A stretch of 64,000 nt of DNA from Patescibacteria group bacterium UBA926 (GTDB lineage: Bacteria; Patescibacteriota; Doudnabacteria; UBA920). The DNA lies in the NCBI GenBank assembly GCA_002293685.1, contig DBDS01000006.1:20187-84186 (forward strand), written 5' to 3'. Below, piece by piece: positions 44,057-53,983 of this stretch (position 1 is the first letter of the stretch; every line of letters begins with the position of its first letter). Under the pieces are notes generated by a model that worked only from the letters and a program-made list of their open reading frames with translations, was not told the origin of the DNA and did not search any database. Both the position numbers and the translations under genes were made by a program.

Positions 44057-44908
44057 ATATTATTTTAAGATTATATTGCATTATATCAGTTTTTCTTGGA
44101 TTTAAGCAAAGAATTTAGGCAAAGAAAAAAGAGCAGCGATTTGAGTCTACTGCCCTTGGGTGAGGACTTACGAGTCCCCCTTGGAGGAATGATAAGTATG
44201 ATTGCTAAGGGGCGATTGCTCGCCCCGCCGATCGATCTAAAAATACATGTTATTTGCCGCCGGGGCGGCTACGTCGGTGAAGGGTTCATGTCGAAATTCT
44301 CCCTTGTGCGACGTGATTGTCGCACTTTATACTGAATTTTGGCGCCGCAGCCGTTTAGGCTCCGGAGGTGCCGGTGGTCGAGATCGTCGTTGATACACTG
44401 TTTCTAACTGCCTGTGACATACCAGGCGGAGAATTGATTCTCATCTTCATGATTAATGTCCTCCTATAGACTAGACTTATTTTGTAGATGGGTGAGTCTG
44501 TCATGACCCACCCTTCTATGTTCGGACGACAAAAGTCGCCCAGTTCGCCCCTAATCTTTTCTGAAAAGGGTATTTACGAATCGCGAATCGAGGAGCACTG
44601 CTTGTTGCGCACCGCGAACTCCGCGCCGCCAAGACAGTTCGGTCTATGGCGTATTATCGTTAGGATTGGGTTTGTCGCCCATCTTTGGATCAGACAGGGT
44701 ATATATATTAGGCGACAACGCCCACGTCATCCGTAACGAAATCGTGAGAATATATTACCACTAATTCCTCATTTCGTCAAATCACTTGGGCTACATTTTG
44801 CAAAAAACCGCATATTTATGGGTGTTTTATATTATAAAGATTTGGGTCTGATATAATTAATTTATATAAATCGTTTGGATAAATCATAAAATTGAAATTA
44901 AAATAAAA

Positions 44909-45487
44909 ATGCTTAAAAAAATAGTTTTAGATTTGGAGACGCAAAAATCTTTCGAAGAAGTAGGTGGTAGAGGAAAGAATCATTTATTGAAGGTCTCGGT
45001 TTGCGGAATCTATGATTATTCCCGCGATGTTTATGAGATCTATGAAGAGCATGAGCTGCCAAGAATGGCCCCAATTCTTCAGATGGCCGATCAAATTATT
45101 GGTTTTAATATCAAGCAATTCGATTTCGCAGTTCTTCAGCCTTACTTGAACTTCGATTTGGCAGGTTTACCAGCTTATGATTTGCTAGAAGAAATTGAAA
45201 AAGTGATAGGGCATAAAATTCGTTTAGAAGCAGTTGCTCAAGCAACTTTAGGTAGTGGGAAATCAGGGAATGGTCTAGAGGCATTGTTGTACTACAAGAA
45301 CGGCAAAATGGATCAACTTAAAAAATATTGTTTGGATGACGTAAAAGTGACTAAGCAAGTATATGATTATGTGTTGAATAATCAGAAACTTTTATATCGA
45401 GATTATTTCTCTATCAAAGAGATAAAACTTAAGTGTGAAGAACCTGTAAGCCGGATCGGTGTGCAACGCCAGGAAGTTTTGTTTTAA
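44909..45487 (+). CDS. DEDDy-family 3'-5' exonuclease domain protein
   Basis: Exo I (VLDLETQ), Exo II (IGFNIKQFDFAVL) and Exo III (YCLDDVKVTKQVY) motifs. Confidence 0.55.
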   Translation: MLKKIVLDLETQKSFEEVGGRGKNHLLKVSVCGIYDYSRDVYEIYEEHELPRMAPILQMADQIIGFNIKQFDFAVLQPYLNFDLAGLPAYDLLEEIEKVIGHKIRLEAVAQATLGSGKSGNGLEALLYYKNGKMDQLKKYCLDDVKVTKQVYDYVLNNQKLLYRDYFSIKEIKLKCEEPVSRIGVQRQEVLF

Positions 45488-45510
45488 TCATAAAACGAAA
45501 CGGTAATTTT

Positions 45511-46404
45511 ATGAGAAAAGTAATATATCTAATTCTGGTAGTTCTTTTCATAGGTCTTTGGCTATTAATGATGAATGTTTTTTCTGGAGATGTTGTTTTT
45601 ACTAATAGCTTTTTCGTTGGTGAATTTTCAATTCATTACTATGGTTTAATTCTTGGAATAGCGGTCCTCAGTGCTTACTTATTAGCGAAGCGGCGTGCCA
45701 ATAAGTTTGGAATTTCTGCATCTCAAGTAGACGACATATCCGTGTGGTTAATCGTAAGTGGTTTTGTTGGGTCCCGATTATATCACGTAGCAAGTAGCTG
45801 GGACTACTATATAATTAACCCTGTCGAAATATTTTTTGTCTGGAATGGCGGATTGAGTATTTTTGGTGCAATCATTGGTGGATTGATTGGGCTGTATTTC
45901 TACAAAAAATTTAAGAGTTCTAATTTAAATTATTTTGCGATGCTGGATTGGCTTGCGCCGAGTGTTATCTTAGGGCAAATCATTGGTCGTTTTGGTAACT
46001 TAGTGAACTACGAAGCATATGGCATACCGACCGATCTTCCGTGGAAGATGTTCGTGCCAGTGGCCAACAGATTATCTCCCTACGAAGCTTTTGAATTCTT
46101 TCACCCACTATTTTTATACGAGGCGTTAGCTGGTTTACTCATTCTTCTAATTTTGCTAAACTTCTCACGTCTTAATAAATCCTTAAAACTACCTAAATTT
46201 TGTGGTCAGATATTCTGGATATGGATAGGTTTGTACGGATTGGTAAGGATTTTCACTGAGTATTTAAGAGTAGATAGTCCATATTTGGGCTCAATTAAGC
46301 AGAATATGCTTGTAGCTGGGTTAATGGTTGTGACAACAATAATCGTAACAATGATAAGTATTAGAAATCAGAAAAAAACTGAACATGAATCCATTTCGAC
46401 ATAA
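45511..46404 (+). CDS. lgt: Prolipoprotein diacylglyceryl transferase
   Basis: Lgt signature GRFGNLVNYEAYG, conserved HYYGL, and the GGLSIFGAIIGG region. Confidence 0.85.
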   Translation: MRKVIYLILVVLFIGLWLLMMNVFSGDVVFTNSFFVGEFSIHYYGLILGIAVLSAYLLAKRRANKFGISASQVDDISVWLIVSGFVGSRLYHVASSWDYYIINPVEIFFVWNGGLSIFGAIIGGLIGLYFYKKFKSSNLNYFAMLDWLAPSVILGQIIGRFGNLVNYEAYGIPTDLPWKMFVPVANRLSPYEAFEFFHPLFLYEALAGLLILLILLNFSRLNKSLKLPKFCGQIFWIWIGLYGLVRIFTEYLRVDSPYLGSIKQNMLVAGLMVVTTIIVTMISIRNQKKTEHESIST

Positions 46405-47131
46405 AATTATTAGCGCGATTTTTGCATTAGCATTCGTGATTATGATGCAAGTAATGACTAGCGGTGAACCTGTGTTTCGGTATTTAGTGCCGACGTTCTT
46501 TGGTTTCCTGGTGGCAATGACTATTTATAACTGGCGCTACTTGCTTTCTATTGGAGGAATCTCTTTTTGGATACTAGCTAGAGTCCCAGTCTTTGTTCTA
46601 ATTTGGTTTGGTTTAATTTTCATTGTTCCTTTTGGTTTTGTTCGTTCACTATTTTTATTTGCAAGCTTACCGATTATTTTTGTTTTCGAAACTCTTGTTG
46701 CAAATAAAGGACAGCAACTTGGTTGGAATTTATTTTTATTATCTCTTGCGAGCCTGCTGATAGGATTATTTGGTTTTCATTACTACTTCCCATTATCCGG
46801 ACTTCTCTATCTGGGTTTAGTTTTTCTTGGTGTTACTGTTTTAGTTCGGATTTCTGTTGATGCTGTCCCTCATTCTGAAAGTGTGAAATGGTTTGCCTCT
46901 CTAGTTATCGGATTATTCGCCGCAGAGTTATTTTGGATACTTCAGTTTTTACCGTTACATTTCTCAGTCTTAGCAATTTTGTGTTTCAACATACTGTATT
47001 TATTGTGGGCAATATACTATCATTACTTATACCAGAGCCTGACACGAAGACAGATTCAATTTAATCTATTATTAGTAATGGTCTTTTCGTTTATAATATT
47101 AATTTCTTCACCTTGGACAATTCAAGGATAA
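46385..47131 (+). CDS. Polytopic membrane protein, hypothetical
   Basis: Six to seven TM helices. Overlaps the lgt end by 20 nt. Confidence 0.4.
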   Translation: MNPFRHKIISAIFALAFVIMMQVMTSGEPVFRYLVPTFFGFLVAMTIYNWRYLLSIGGISFWILARVPVFVLIWFGLIFIVPFGFVRSLFLFASLPIIFVFETLVANKGQQLGWNLFLLSLASLLIGLFGFHYYFPLSGLLYLGLVFLGVTVLVRISVDAVPHSESVKWFASLVIGLFAAELFWILQFLPLHFSVLAILCFNILYLLWAIYYHYLYQSLTRRQIQFNLLLVMVFSFIILISSPWTIQG

Positions 47132-47135
47132 CTTT

Positions 47136-48194
47136 ATGAGTAAAAAACTTATTGCGCTAATCATCTTAATTATTTTTGTGCTTGTGGTTGCTGTAGATTT
47201 AGTAATTGGTAACTATATTTCAGCTCGACTATCGACAACCAACTGGGCGAGAGAGTGGGGATTATTTAATCCACAGGCTCCGATTGTAGTTACAAATAGA
47301 GAAACAGTTCGGATTAATTCTAACAATGATGTTGTAGATACTGCTGAGAATGCCAAAAGCAAAACAGCGACTTTGGTTTACATTGATGGAGCCGAGATGG
47401 TTGCTACTGGTAGTGCAGTAAACTGGACTAGTGATGGTTACTTTGTCACTTCGGACAGTGCATTAAGCGTTGGCGGTAAAGTTTACGCTGTAATTACTTC
47501 TGGTGGCGATTTGTTTCCGGTGGAAGCAGCTTATCCTGATCCAGCTTCCAATATAGTTGTTCTTCAGACAGCGGCGCGCGGCTTAACAGTTTTTTCATTA
47601 GCTGAAGAGAGTGATTTGCGCGTAGGAAATCAAGTTGTTATGGTCCAAAATTCAGTAGGTAATAATCAAACTAGATTTTATACTGGTTTTGTAAAGAGAT
47701 TGTCGAATGATATTTCTGGAATAACTTTTGAAAGCGATATTATTTCTCGTTCAATGGAACTAACGTTACTTGAACCTGTTCCAGCTGGTAGTGCTGTACT
47801 TAACCTCTCTGGAAGAATGATTGGAATTTGGGACGGGGAAGCGGTAGTCCCTGCAGAGAGTGTTCGAGAGTTAGTAAACAATTTATTAGCGAACGGACGT
47901 GAATATGCCCGTCCTGCGTTTGGCTTCTCTTATCAGATGTTAAATGAAGTTGAATCAAAAGCTTTGCAAACAGAGCGCGGTGCTCGAGTTCTAGCTGTGG
48001 TTGCAAACAATGCGGCGTCGCGCGGTGGGCTTAGAGCAGGGGATGTAATCACTGAAGTTGATGGGCAAAGAATCAATGACAATTTTAATTTAGATAATTG
48101 GCTTAGACAAGTGAAGCCTGCTCAATCTGTAAATTTTTCAGTGTTTCGCGCTGGTTCCACTGTTAGTTTGATTATCGTTGCTGAAGAGCTGTAG
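47136..48194 (+). CDS. HtrA/DegP-like trypsin-fold protease with a C-terminal PDZ domain; catalytic His apparently replaced
   Basis: PDZ domain (GARVLAVVANNAASRGGLRAGDVITEVDGQRI). The protease domain keeps Asp (DPASNIVVLQ) and a Ser-Gly (LNLSGRMIGI), but the His position reads TSDSAL rather than TNAHVV. Confidence 0.65.
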   Translation: MSKKLIALIILIIFVLVVAVDLVIGNYISARLSTTNWAREWGLFNPQAPIVVTNRETVRINSNNDVVDTAENAKSKTATLVYIDGAEMVATGSAVNWTSDGYFVTSDSALSVGGKVYAVITSGGDLFPVEAAYPDPASNIVVLQTAARGLTVFSLAEESDLRVGNQVVMVQNSVGNNQTRFYTGFVKRLSNDISGITFESDIISRSMELTLLEPVPAGSAVLNLSGRMIGIWDGEAVVPAESVRELVNNLLANGREYARPAFGFSYQMLNEVESKALQTERGARVLAVVANNAASRGGLRAGDVITEVDGQRINDNFNLDNWLRQVKPAQSVNFSVFRAGSTVSLIIVAEEL

Positions 48195-48210
48195 TTCAAT
48201 AAATGAAAAA

Positions 48211-48330
48211 AGAATCCTCTGAAGCCCGTCAGTAGAGATAAGAATCCCCCGGAAGCCCCGCAATAGAGACAAGAACCCCCGGAAGCCCCGCAATAGAGAC
48301 AAGAACCCCCGGAAGCCCGCAGGGCTATCC
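48211..48330. repeat. Tandem 30-31-bp direct repeat (AGAA(T/C)CCCCCGGAAGCCCCGCAATAGAGACA), about 3.5 copies; not CRISPR
   Basis: Contiguous units at 48211, 48241, 48272 and 48302 without spacers. Shares the CCCGGAAGCCC core, in reverse orientation, with the array at 16356-16503. Confidence 0.8.
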
Positions 48331-48376
48331 GGGGTCTGGATCCCGGGTCTTCCGCCCGGGATTTCTATTTAGGAAT

Positions 48377-48976
48377 TTAAAATTCTCTTCGGCCTTCTAA
48401 CGCTCTTTGCAGAGTCACTTCGTCGGCGTATTCTAGGTCACCACCCATTGGTAAGCCTCGTGCTATCCGGCTAATTTTGACTGGTGTTTCGCGGAGTAGT
48501 TTGGCAATGTGCATAGAAGTAGTTTCGCCTTCAAGGTTTGGATTGGTCGCAATAATAATTTCAGTGGCGCCAAGTTTGTTAATGCGGTCTATGAGTGAAT
48601 TGATGTTTAATTGGTCGGCAGTGATTCCTTCCATTGGATTCAGTACTCCACCAAGCACGTGAAATAAACCATTGTATGAACCGGTCTTGTCGAGGGCTAT
48701 TGCGTCCAATGGCTCTTCGACAACACAAATTAATTGTCTGTTACGAGTTGTGTCACTGCAAACTGAACACGGATTTGATTCGGCCATGTTGTGGCAATCA
48801 GAACAGAAAGTAATATCAGTGCGCACATCTTTCACGCTATCCGATAGCGATAGGATTTCGACATTATCTTTTTTGAGTAAATAAAAAGCTAGGCGTTGCG
48901 CCGATTTCGGCCCAATGCCAGGTAGCTTAGAAAATTCATTGATTAATCTTTGAAGAGAAGCAGGGAGTTTAAGCAT
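48377..48976 (-). CDS. recR: Recombination protein RecR
   Basis: HhH motif, C4 zinc finger (CSDCHNMAESNPCSVCSD), and a Toprim domain. Confidence 0.9.
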   Translation of the reverse strand: MLKLPASLQRLINEFSKLPGIGPKSAQRLAFYLLKKDNVEILSLSDSVKDVRTDITFCSDCHNMAESNPCSVCSDTTRNRQLICVVEEPLDAIALDKTGSYNGLFHVLGGVLNPMEGITADQLNINSLIDRINKLGATEIIIATNPNLEGETTSMHIAKLLRETPVKISRIARGLPMGGDLEYADEVTLQRALEGRREF

Positions 48977-49223
48977 TTAATTTGTCCGAAAGTTCTTTGG
49001 CTTTATAATGGAGTTCGGAAATCTCGTTTAAGCGGCGCTGAAGGTCGAGGTTGTCTGGCTCGTGTTCCAGGTCTGCTTTTAGTTTTCGGATTTGACTTTC
49101 ACTGCGGAGGTTAATGGTTAAGAGGTTTATTTTTATAGTATTTTGCTTGTTTAGGTCTGTTGCCTTTTGCAGATAAAGCATTTTTGCCTGCAAGGGATTC
49201 ATTGCAAAAATATCTGCTCCCAA
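48969..49223 (-). CDS. Hypothetical coiled-coil protein upstream of recR (the YbaB position, but not YbaB-like by sequence)
   Basis: 84 aa, overlapping the recR start by 8 nt. Confidence 0.4.
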   Translation of the reverse strand: MGADIFAMNPLQAKMLYLQKATDLNKQNTIKINLLTINLRSESQIRKLKADLEHEPDNLDLQRRLNEISELHYKAKELSDKLNA

Positions 49224-49318
49224 TAGTGCCGTTAATTCTTCACGTAATAGTATAATTTTATCTGAATCTTCAAAAAATTTATTATCTTCCGGATTTATAA
49301 ATCTATATTCACTTATGA

Positions 49319-50707
49319 TTAGTTCTCATTCTCATCAAACCCTTGAAGGGTCTGCATTACTGTTTCAGGGCTGGTGTCGAAGCTCTTGTCGAGGTTACGG
49401 AAGCTGGCGCGGGTCGCATCGAAGAATAGATCGATTTGCCCGGTTGGACCGTTACGATGTTTTTTAATGTGAATCTCAGCGACGTTTGGTCTACTAGAAT
49501 CTGCCCCTTTGTACATATCTTCACGATAAATAAACATAACTACGTCGGCATCTTGCTCGATGGAGCCAGATTCACGAAGATCGGCTAGTTGAGGAACTTT
49601 GTCGGGACGGTTTTCAACCCCACGAGACAACTGTGAAAGCGCTAATACAGGAACGTTAAGTTCACGGGCGAGGATTTTTAACGAACGAGAAATTTCGGAA
49701 ACTTCTTGCACACGGTTTTCTTGGCTACGGCCGGCCATAAGCTGTAAGTAGTCGACGATGATTAAACCCAATTTGTTTTCCATTTGAAGACGGCGCGCCT
49801 TTGTGCGGATTTCCATAATATTGCCGCCGGCAGTGTCATCAATAAAAATTGGTGCTTCACTTAATAAACCCATGGCGTCGCCAAGTTTACTGAAGTCTTC
49901 ATCGGTAAGTTGACCGGTACGGATTTTCCACAAATCAACGTCAGATTCGGAAGCAAGTAATCTATCTACTAATTGGTCTTTTCCCATTTCGAGAGAAAAG
50001 ATTCCGACAGGAGTTTTGGTGTGGACTGCAACGTAGCGCAAAATGTCTAGCGCTAAAGATGTTTTACCCATAGATGGGCGAGCGGCCAAAATTACAAGGT
50101 CAGATTTTTGTAGACCACCAAGTTTTTTATCTAAATCTACGAAACCAGTTGGGATACCACGCAAAGCACCAGCGTTACGATGAAGCTCGTCGATACGATC
50201 AAAACTTTCGTGAAGTACTGCACTGATTGGAATAAAGTTTTGTTGTAAGTGCTGCTGAGAAATATTAAAGAGTTTTTGTTCAGCGTTGTCGAGAATATCT
50301 TCAATTTCACCTTCTTCAGCAAAAGCTAAATTTGTGATTTCTGAGGCTGAAGAAATCAAACGACGCAGAGTCCCTTTTTTGCGAACGATGCCTGCGTAGT
50401 ATGTTGCGTGGGCTGCAGAGGGAACAGAATTTACTAAACTCGCTAAATAACTTGCACCGCCAACACGCTCGGTGTTTTTTTGTTCATCCAAAAGGTTGGA
50501 TACAGTTAGGACATCAATCGAAGTGTTGCGTTCAAATAATTGAGTAACAGCTTCGTAAATTAAACGATGGCGTAAATCATAAAAATCGTCGCTGATTACT
50601 TGATCGGCAACTTTAATGATGGCATCTTTATCCAACATTAAACACCCGAGTAGGGCAGTTTCAGCTTCTAAATTTTGAGGCGGGAGCCGGTCTATTTGAT
50701 TCGCCAT
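49319..50707 (-). CDS. dnaB: Replicative DNA helicase DnaB
   Basis: N-terminal DnaB domain. Walker A ARPSMGKTSLAL, followed by H2 to H4 motifs. Confidence 0.9.
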   Translation of the reverse strand: MANQIDRLPPQNLEAETALLGCLMLDKDAIIKVADQVISDDFYDLRHRLIYEAVTQLFERNTSIDVLTVSNLLDEQKNTERVGGASYLASLVNSVPSAAHATYYAGIVRKKGTLRRLISSASEITNLAFAEEGEIEDILDNAEQKLFNISQQHLQQNFIPISAVLHESFDRIDELHRNAGALRGIPTGFVDLDKKLGGLQKSDLVILAARPSMGKTSLALDILRYVAVHTKTPVGIFSLEMGKDQLVDRLLASESDVDLWKIRTGQLTDEDFSKLGDAMGLLSEAPIFIDDTAGGNIMEIRTKARRLQMENKLGLIIVDYLQLMAGRSQENRVQEVSEISRSLKILARELNVPVLALSQLSRGVENRPDKVPQLADLRESGSIEQDADVVMFIYREDMYKGADSSRPNVAEIHIKKHRNGPTGQIDLFFDATRASFRNLDKSFDTSPETVMQTLQGFDENEN

Positions 50708-50802
50708 TTTGGTGTTTAGTTATCTCGGTCTCTGCATTGTAGCAGATATCCGAAAGCGGCTCTAATTGACAAAAGGCGAGGTTTTATGACCTAATTTGTG
50801 GC

Positions 50803-52134
50803 TTACTTATGGATAACTTTTTGACCATCAGCAGTATCCAATACTTCGTAGCCGAGTTTGGCAATTTCGTCGCGGAGTCGATCGGACTCAGTGAAATTTT
50901 TATTTTCTCGGGCGGATTTTCGTGCGTTAAGTAATTCTTGAATTTCTTCGGAGATTTCTACTACAGTTTGCGGTTCTAACCCTAGACCTAGCACTGATTC
51001 ATAACCAGATAAATTTTGTTTGTTTTGATGAGCCACCGCAAGTGCTTCTGCTGTATTAAGATTATCGTTTAGTGCTTTCAAAAAATCCTTGTCTGGTTTT
51101 GCACCTGATTCAGTGTAGGCTTGTTGTAGTTTCTTACGGCCAGCTTTCGATGCTTCAAGTGCTTCCCAAGTAAAATTGGTTTGTTGTTGATAGCTGCTTT
51201 GTAAGTAGAAGTAACGCAAATCTAATCCAGAGAAACCTTTGGAAACTAAATCATCCAAGCGATAGTCGTTCTTTAAACTCTTGGACATTTTCTTTCCATC
51301 AACTTGTAAGTGTTCAAAATGAACCCAAGTTTTCGCGAAAGGATTATACATCGGCTGGCTTTGCGCGATTTCATTAGTGTGATGAGGGAAAATTAAATCT
51401 ACGCCACCTGTGTGGATATCGGTAGTACTATTATTAAAAGCAATTTGGTTAATAGCAGAACATTCAATGTGCCAACCTGGGCGGCCTTTGCCAAGAAGTA
51501 AGTGATCCCAATAAATTTGACCATCAGCTTCGTCCCAAGCTTTCCAAAGAGCGAAGTCGCTTAGATCATCTTTGTCGTATTCATCGTTTTTGATTCGAGC
51601 ACCAACTTTTTTACCTTCAATAAACTTTTCACCCACTAGGCTGCCGTAATCACCAAACTTTTCTTGATACTTTTCAATACTAAAATAAGTACTGCCATCG
51701 TCGGCCTTGTAAGCAAAACCTTTTTCGATTAAATCAACAACGAATTCTTGAATTTGTGGGATGACATCTGTGACATTGATGAATCTAATCTGTTCAGTAT
51801 CGATTCCAACTTCTCGCAAGTCAGAAAAAAACTTCTCGGCATAACGTTGTGTGTAAGTTTTCAATTGAGAAACACCTGCGTCATTACCAAACTCAGAGAC
51901 CGTTCCTTTGATTGTCTTATCATCTATGTCTGTGAGGTTGATTACCCAATCAACTTCTGAACCGTTCGCTTTCAGTGTTCGAACTAAAATATCAGCCATG
52001 ATGAAACTGCGAAGATTGCCAATGTGGGCAAACTCATAGACAGTTGGTCCACAAGAATAGACTTTTACTTTCTTGTCTTTGGTAAGATGTAGACTTTCTT
52101 CCTTTTTTGTGAGAGTGTTGTAAATCTTTAACAT
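50803..52134 (-). CDS. cysS: Cysteine--tRNA ligase
   Basis: Class I HIGH (HIGNLRSF) and KMSKS (KMSKSL) motifs. Cys-coordinating residues (CGPTVY). Confidence 0.9.
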   Translation of the reverse strand: MLKIYNTLTKKEESLHLTKDKKVKVYSCGPTVYEFAHIGNLRSFIMADILVRTLKANGSEVDWVINLTDIDDKTIKGTVSEFGNDAGVSQLKTYTQRYAEKFFSDLREVGIDTEQIRFINVTDVIPQIQEFVVDLIEKGFAYKADDGSTYFSIEKYQEKFGDYGSLVGEKFIEGKKVGARIKNDEYDKDDLSDFALWKAWDEADGQIYWDHLLLGKGRPGWHIECSAINQIAFNNSTTDIHTGGVDLIFPHHTNEIAQSQPMYNPFAKTWVHFEHLQVDGKKMSKSLKNDYRLDDLVSKGFSGLDLRYFYLQSSYQQQTNFTWEALEASKAGRKKLQQAYTESGAKPDKDFLKALNDNLNTAEALAVAHQNKQNLSGYESVLGLGLEPQTVVEISEEIQELLNARKSARENKNFTESDRLRDEIAKLGYEVLDTADGQKVIHK

Positions 52135-52161
52135 ACGGAAATTGTAACAAAAAAAGTCGCA

Positions 52162-53892
52162 TTAAGCGACTTTAAGTGATTTATGGATAGTTTCGAGATG
52201 CTTTTTTCTAAGTTTTCGCAAGCTTATGCTATCGCTGTGTAAGCGCACGATGTCGGAAAGATGTGCGCTTCCTACAAAGTGAGGAAGTAAAACGTAATCA
52301 GCACCAGCATTATATAAATCAATTGCTTCGGTTTCGTCGCTAGCAGCAACAATAATTCGAGGCTTTCTTTTTAGAAGCTGAACAGCTTCGACTATTGCCA
52401 TTGTGTCATGGAAGTCGGGTATAGTAGAAATTAAAAGCTTGGCTTCATGAATGACTGCTACCTCCTGAATATATGGATCTGCTATATCGCCACAGACTGC
52501 GGACAAACCTAAGTTGCGGTAATGACTGATTATATCCGGATTAAAATCGATAATAATGAATTGAGATTCTTTTTGTTTTTGTAGTTTAGAAACCAAGTGA
52601 CCGCCAAGTCGGTTAGCTCCCACTAAAACGATATGTTTGCGGAACACGGTATCGCCAAGATGCTCTTGATCCTTCCCCCCTTTTTTACTTTTGGTTTCTA
52701 GCCATGTAAATGCGACTTTGCTTAACCATGAATAGAGTTTGTTTGAGTAAATTACGCCGTACGAAGAAATCGCAATCGTTGAAATTCCTACCATAGTAAT
52801 AATCGTAACTTCAGTTTCGGTGACATGACCTGCGGCAAGACCAAGTGCCATTAAAATTAAACTGAACTCTGAAATCTGCGCAACAGTCACACCTGTTAAA
52901 AATGAGGTGCGAATTTTGTAACCCATGAAACTCAAAATGATTGAGACAATCAATGGGTTGCCGATTAAAACAAATAACGCAAAAATTATTGCTGGCCAAA
53001 TCGCAACCGCGATATTATCGAATGATAATTGCGAGCCCAGCACAATGAAGAAGATAACAATGAAGAAATCACGGAGCGGTTTTATGCGACCACTAATTTG
53101 GTAATGTGCCCCAGTGTTTGCTAAAGCGAGTCCGGCAACGAAACCGCCAATCGCTGCGTTAAAACCAATCCAAGGAGATGTGAAAAAAGCTGCAAGACCA
53201 AGTGCCCAACCGAGAGCAAATAACAGTAGTAACTCGTCAGATTTAACAAGTGAGTTAATGAGTTTGGGAAATACGGTTCTGCTTAAAGCAATTACAACGA
53301 TTGCAATCATGAACGCTTTACCAAGCGTGATGATAATTTTTTCAAACACTCCATTTCCGACGAATGTGCCAAAACTTCCGTCGTTAGTAAGTCCGGCTAA
53401 GATTATTAAAATTAATATAGCCGCAATATCCTGAACTAAAAAAATACCCACAGCTAGTTTTCCATACAAGCTCTGCATGTCTTTTTTCTCTGACAAAAGT
53501 TTTACAACAATAATCGTTGAAGAAAAAGTTAGCGCAATGGCAACATACAAGGCTGGAAGTGGTGCCATTCCCAAAACTGTCGCTAGGAAAAATCCGATGC
53601 TTCCAGTGAATAAAATTTGCCCAACACCCGCAATTACCGCGGCCCTACCAATTCGTTTCAGTTGAGAAATATCTAACTCCAAACCAACCATGAACAACAA
53701 AAGGGAAATACCTATTTCTGCCAAGCCGTGTAATATTTCACCATGATGAAGTCGATACAAAGCAAGAGGACCTATCAAAAGTCCGGTTAAGATGTAAGCA
53801 ATAATACTAGGCTGCTTTAAAAAGTGCAGGATGTATGCAATAACTCCAGCAGCGGCAAGCACTAATGTTAATTCAAAAAATATATTTTCCAC
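52162..53892 (-). CDS. CPA2-family K+/H+ antiporter (Kef-type) with a C-terminal RCK/TrkA-N domain
   Basis: About 12 TM helices. The C-terminal Rossmann motif VLVGANRLGGHL is RCK-like. Confidence 0.8.
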   Translation of the reverse strand: MENIFFELTLVLAAAGVIAYILHFLKQPSIIAYILTGLLIGPLALYRLHHGEILHGLAEIGISLLLFMVGLELDISQLKRIGRAAVIAGVGQILFTGSIGFFLATVLGMAPLPALYVAIALTFSSTIIVVKLLSEKKDMQSLYGKLAVGIFLVQDIAAILILIILAGLTNDGSFGTFVGNGVFEKIIITLGKAFMIAIVVIALSRTVFPKLINSLVKSDELLLLFALGWALGLAAFFTSPWIGFNAAIGGFVAGLALANTGAHYQISGRIKPLRDFFIVIFFIVLGSQLSFDNIAVAIWPAIIFALFVLIGNPLIVSIILSFMGYKIRTSFLTGVTVAQISEFSLILMALGLAAGHVTETEVTIITMVGISTIAISSYGVIYSNKLYSWLSKVAFTWLETKSKKGGKDQEHLGDTVFRKHIVLVGANRLGGHLVSKLQKQKESQFIIIDFNPDIISHYRNLGLSAVCGDIADPYIQEVAVIHEAKLLISTIPDFHDTMAIVEAVQLLKRKPRIIVAASDETEAIDLYNAGADYVLLPHFVGSAHLSDIVRLHSDSISLRKLRKKHLETIHKSLKVA

Positions 53893-53983
53893 GAACTTTT
53901 GTTTTTCTTTCTAATCGAAATTTTTACAGCTTCATTATAACACAAAAGTTGCTTTTATCGGTTAAAAAAGCTATAATTTCTTC

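Noticed and set aside
44096-44736. ORF-track CDSs 44096-44335 and 44488-44736
   Set aside because: Arg/Gly-rich translations arising from GC-rich hairpin DNA, with no RBS or domain. The region is treated as a structured non-coding locus instead.
44100-44800. RNase P RNA, tmRNA, SRP RNA or T-box leader assignment for the structured region
   Set aside because: By eye I could not find the P4 motifs (GGAAAGTCCGGGC / ACAGAANCCGGCTTA), a tmRNA tag ORF and tRNA-like end, the SRP GGAAG...AGCAG motif, or a T-box AAUUAGGGUGGNACCGCG element followed by a terminator at the right distance from aspS.
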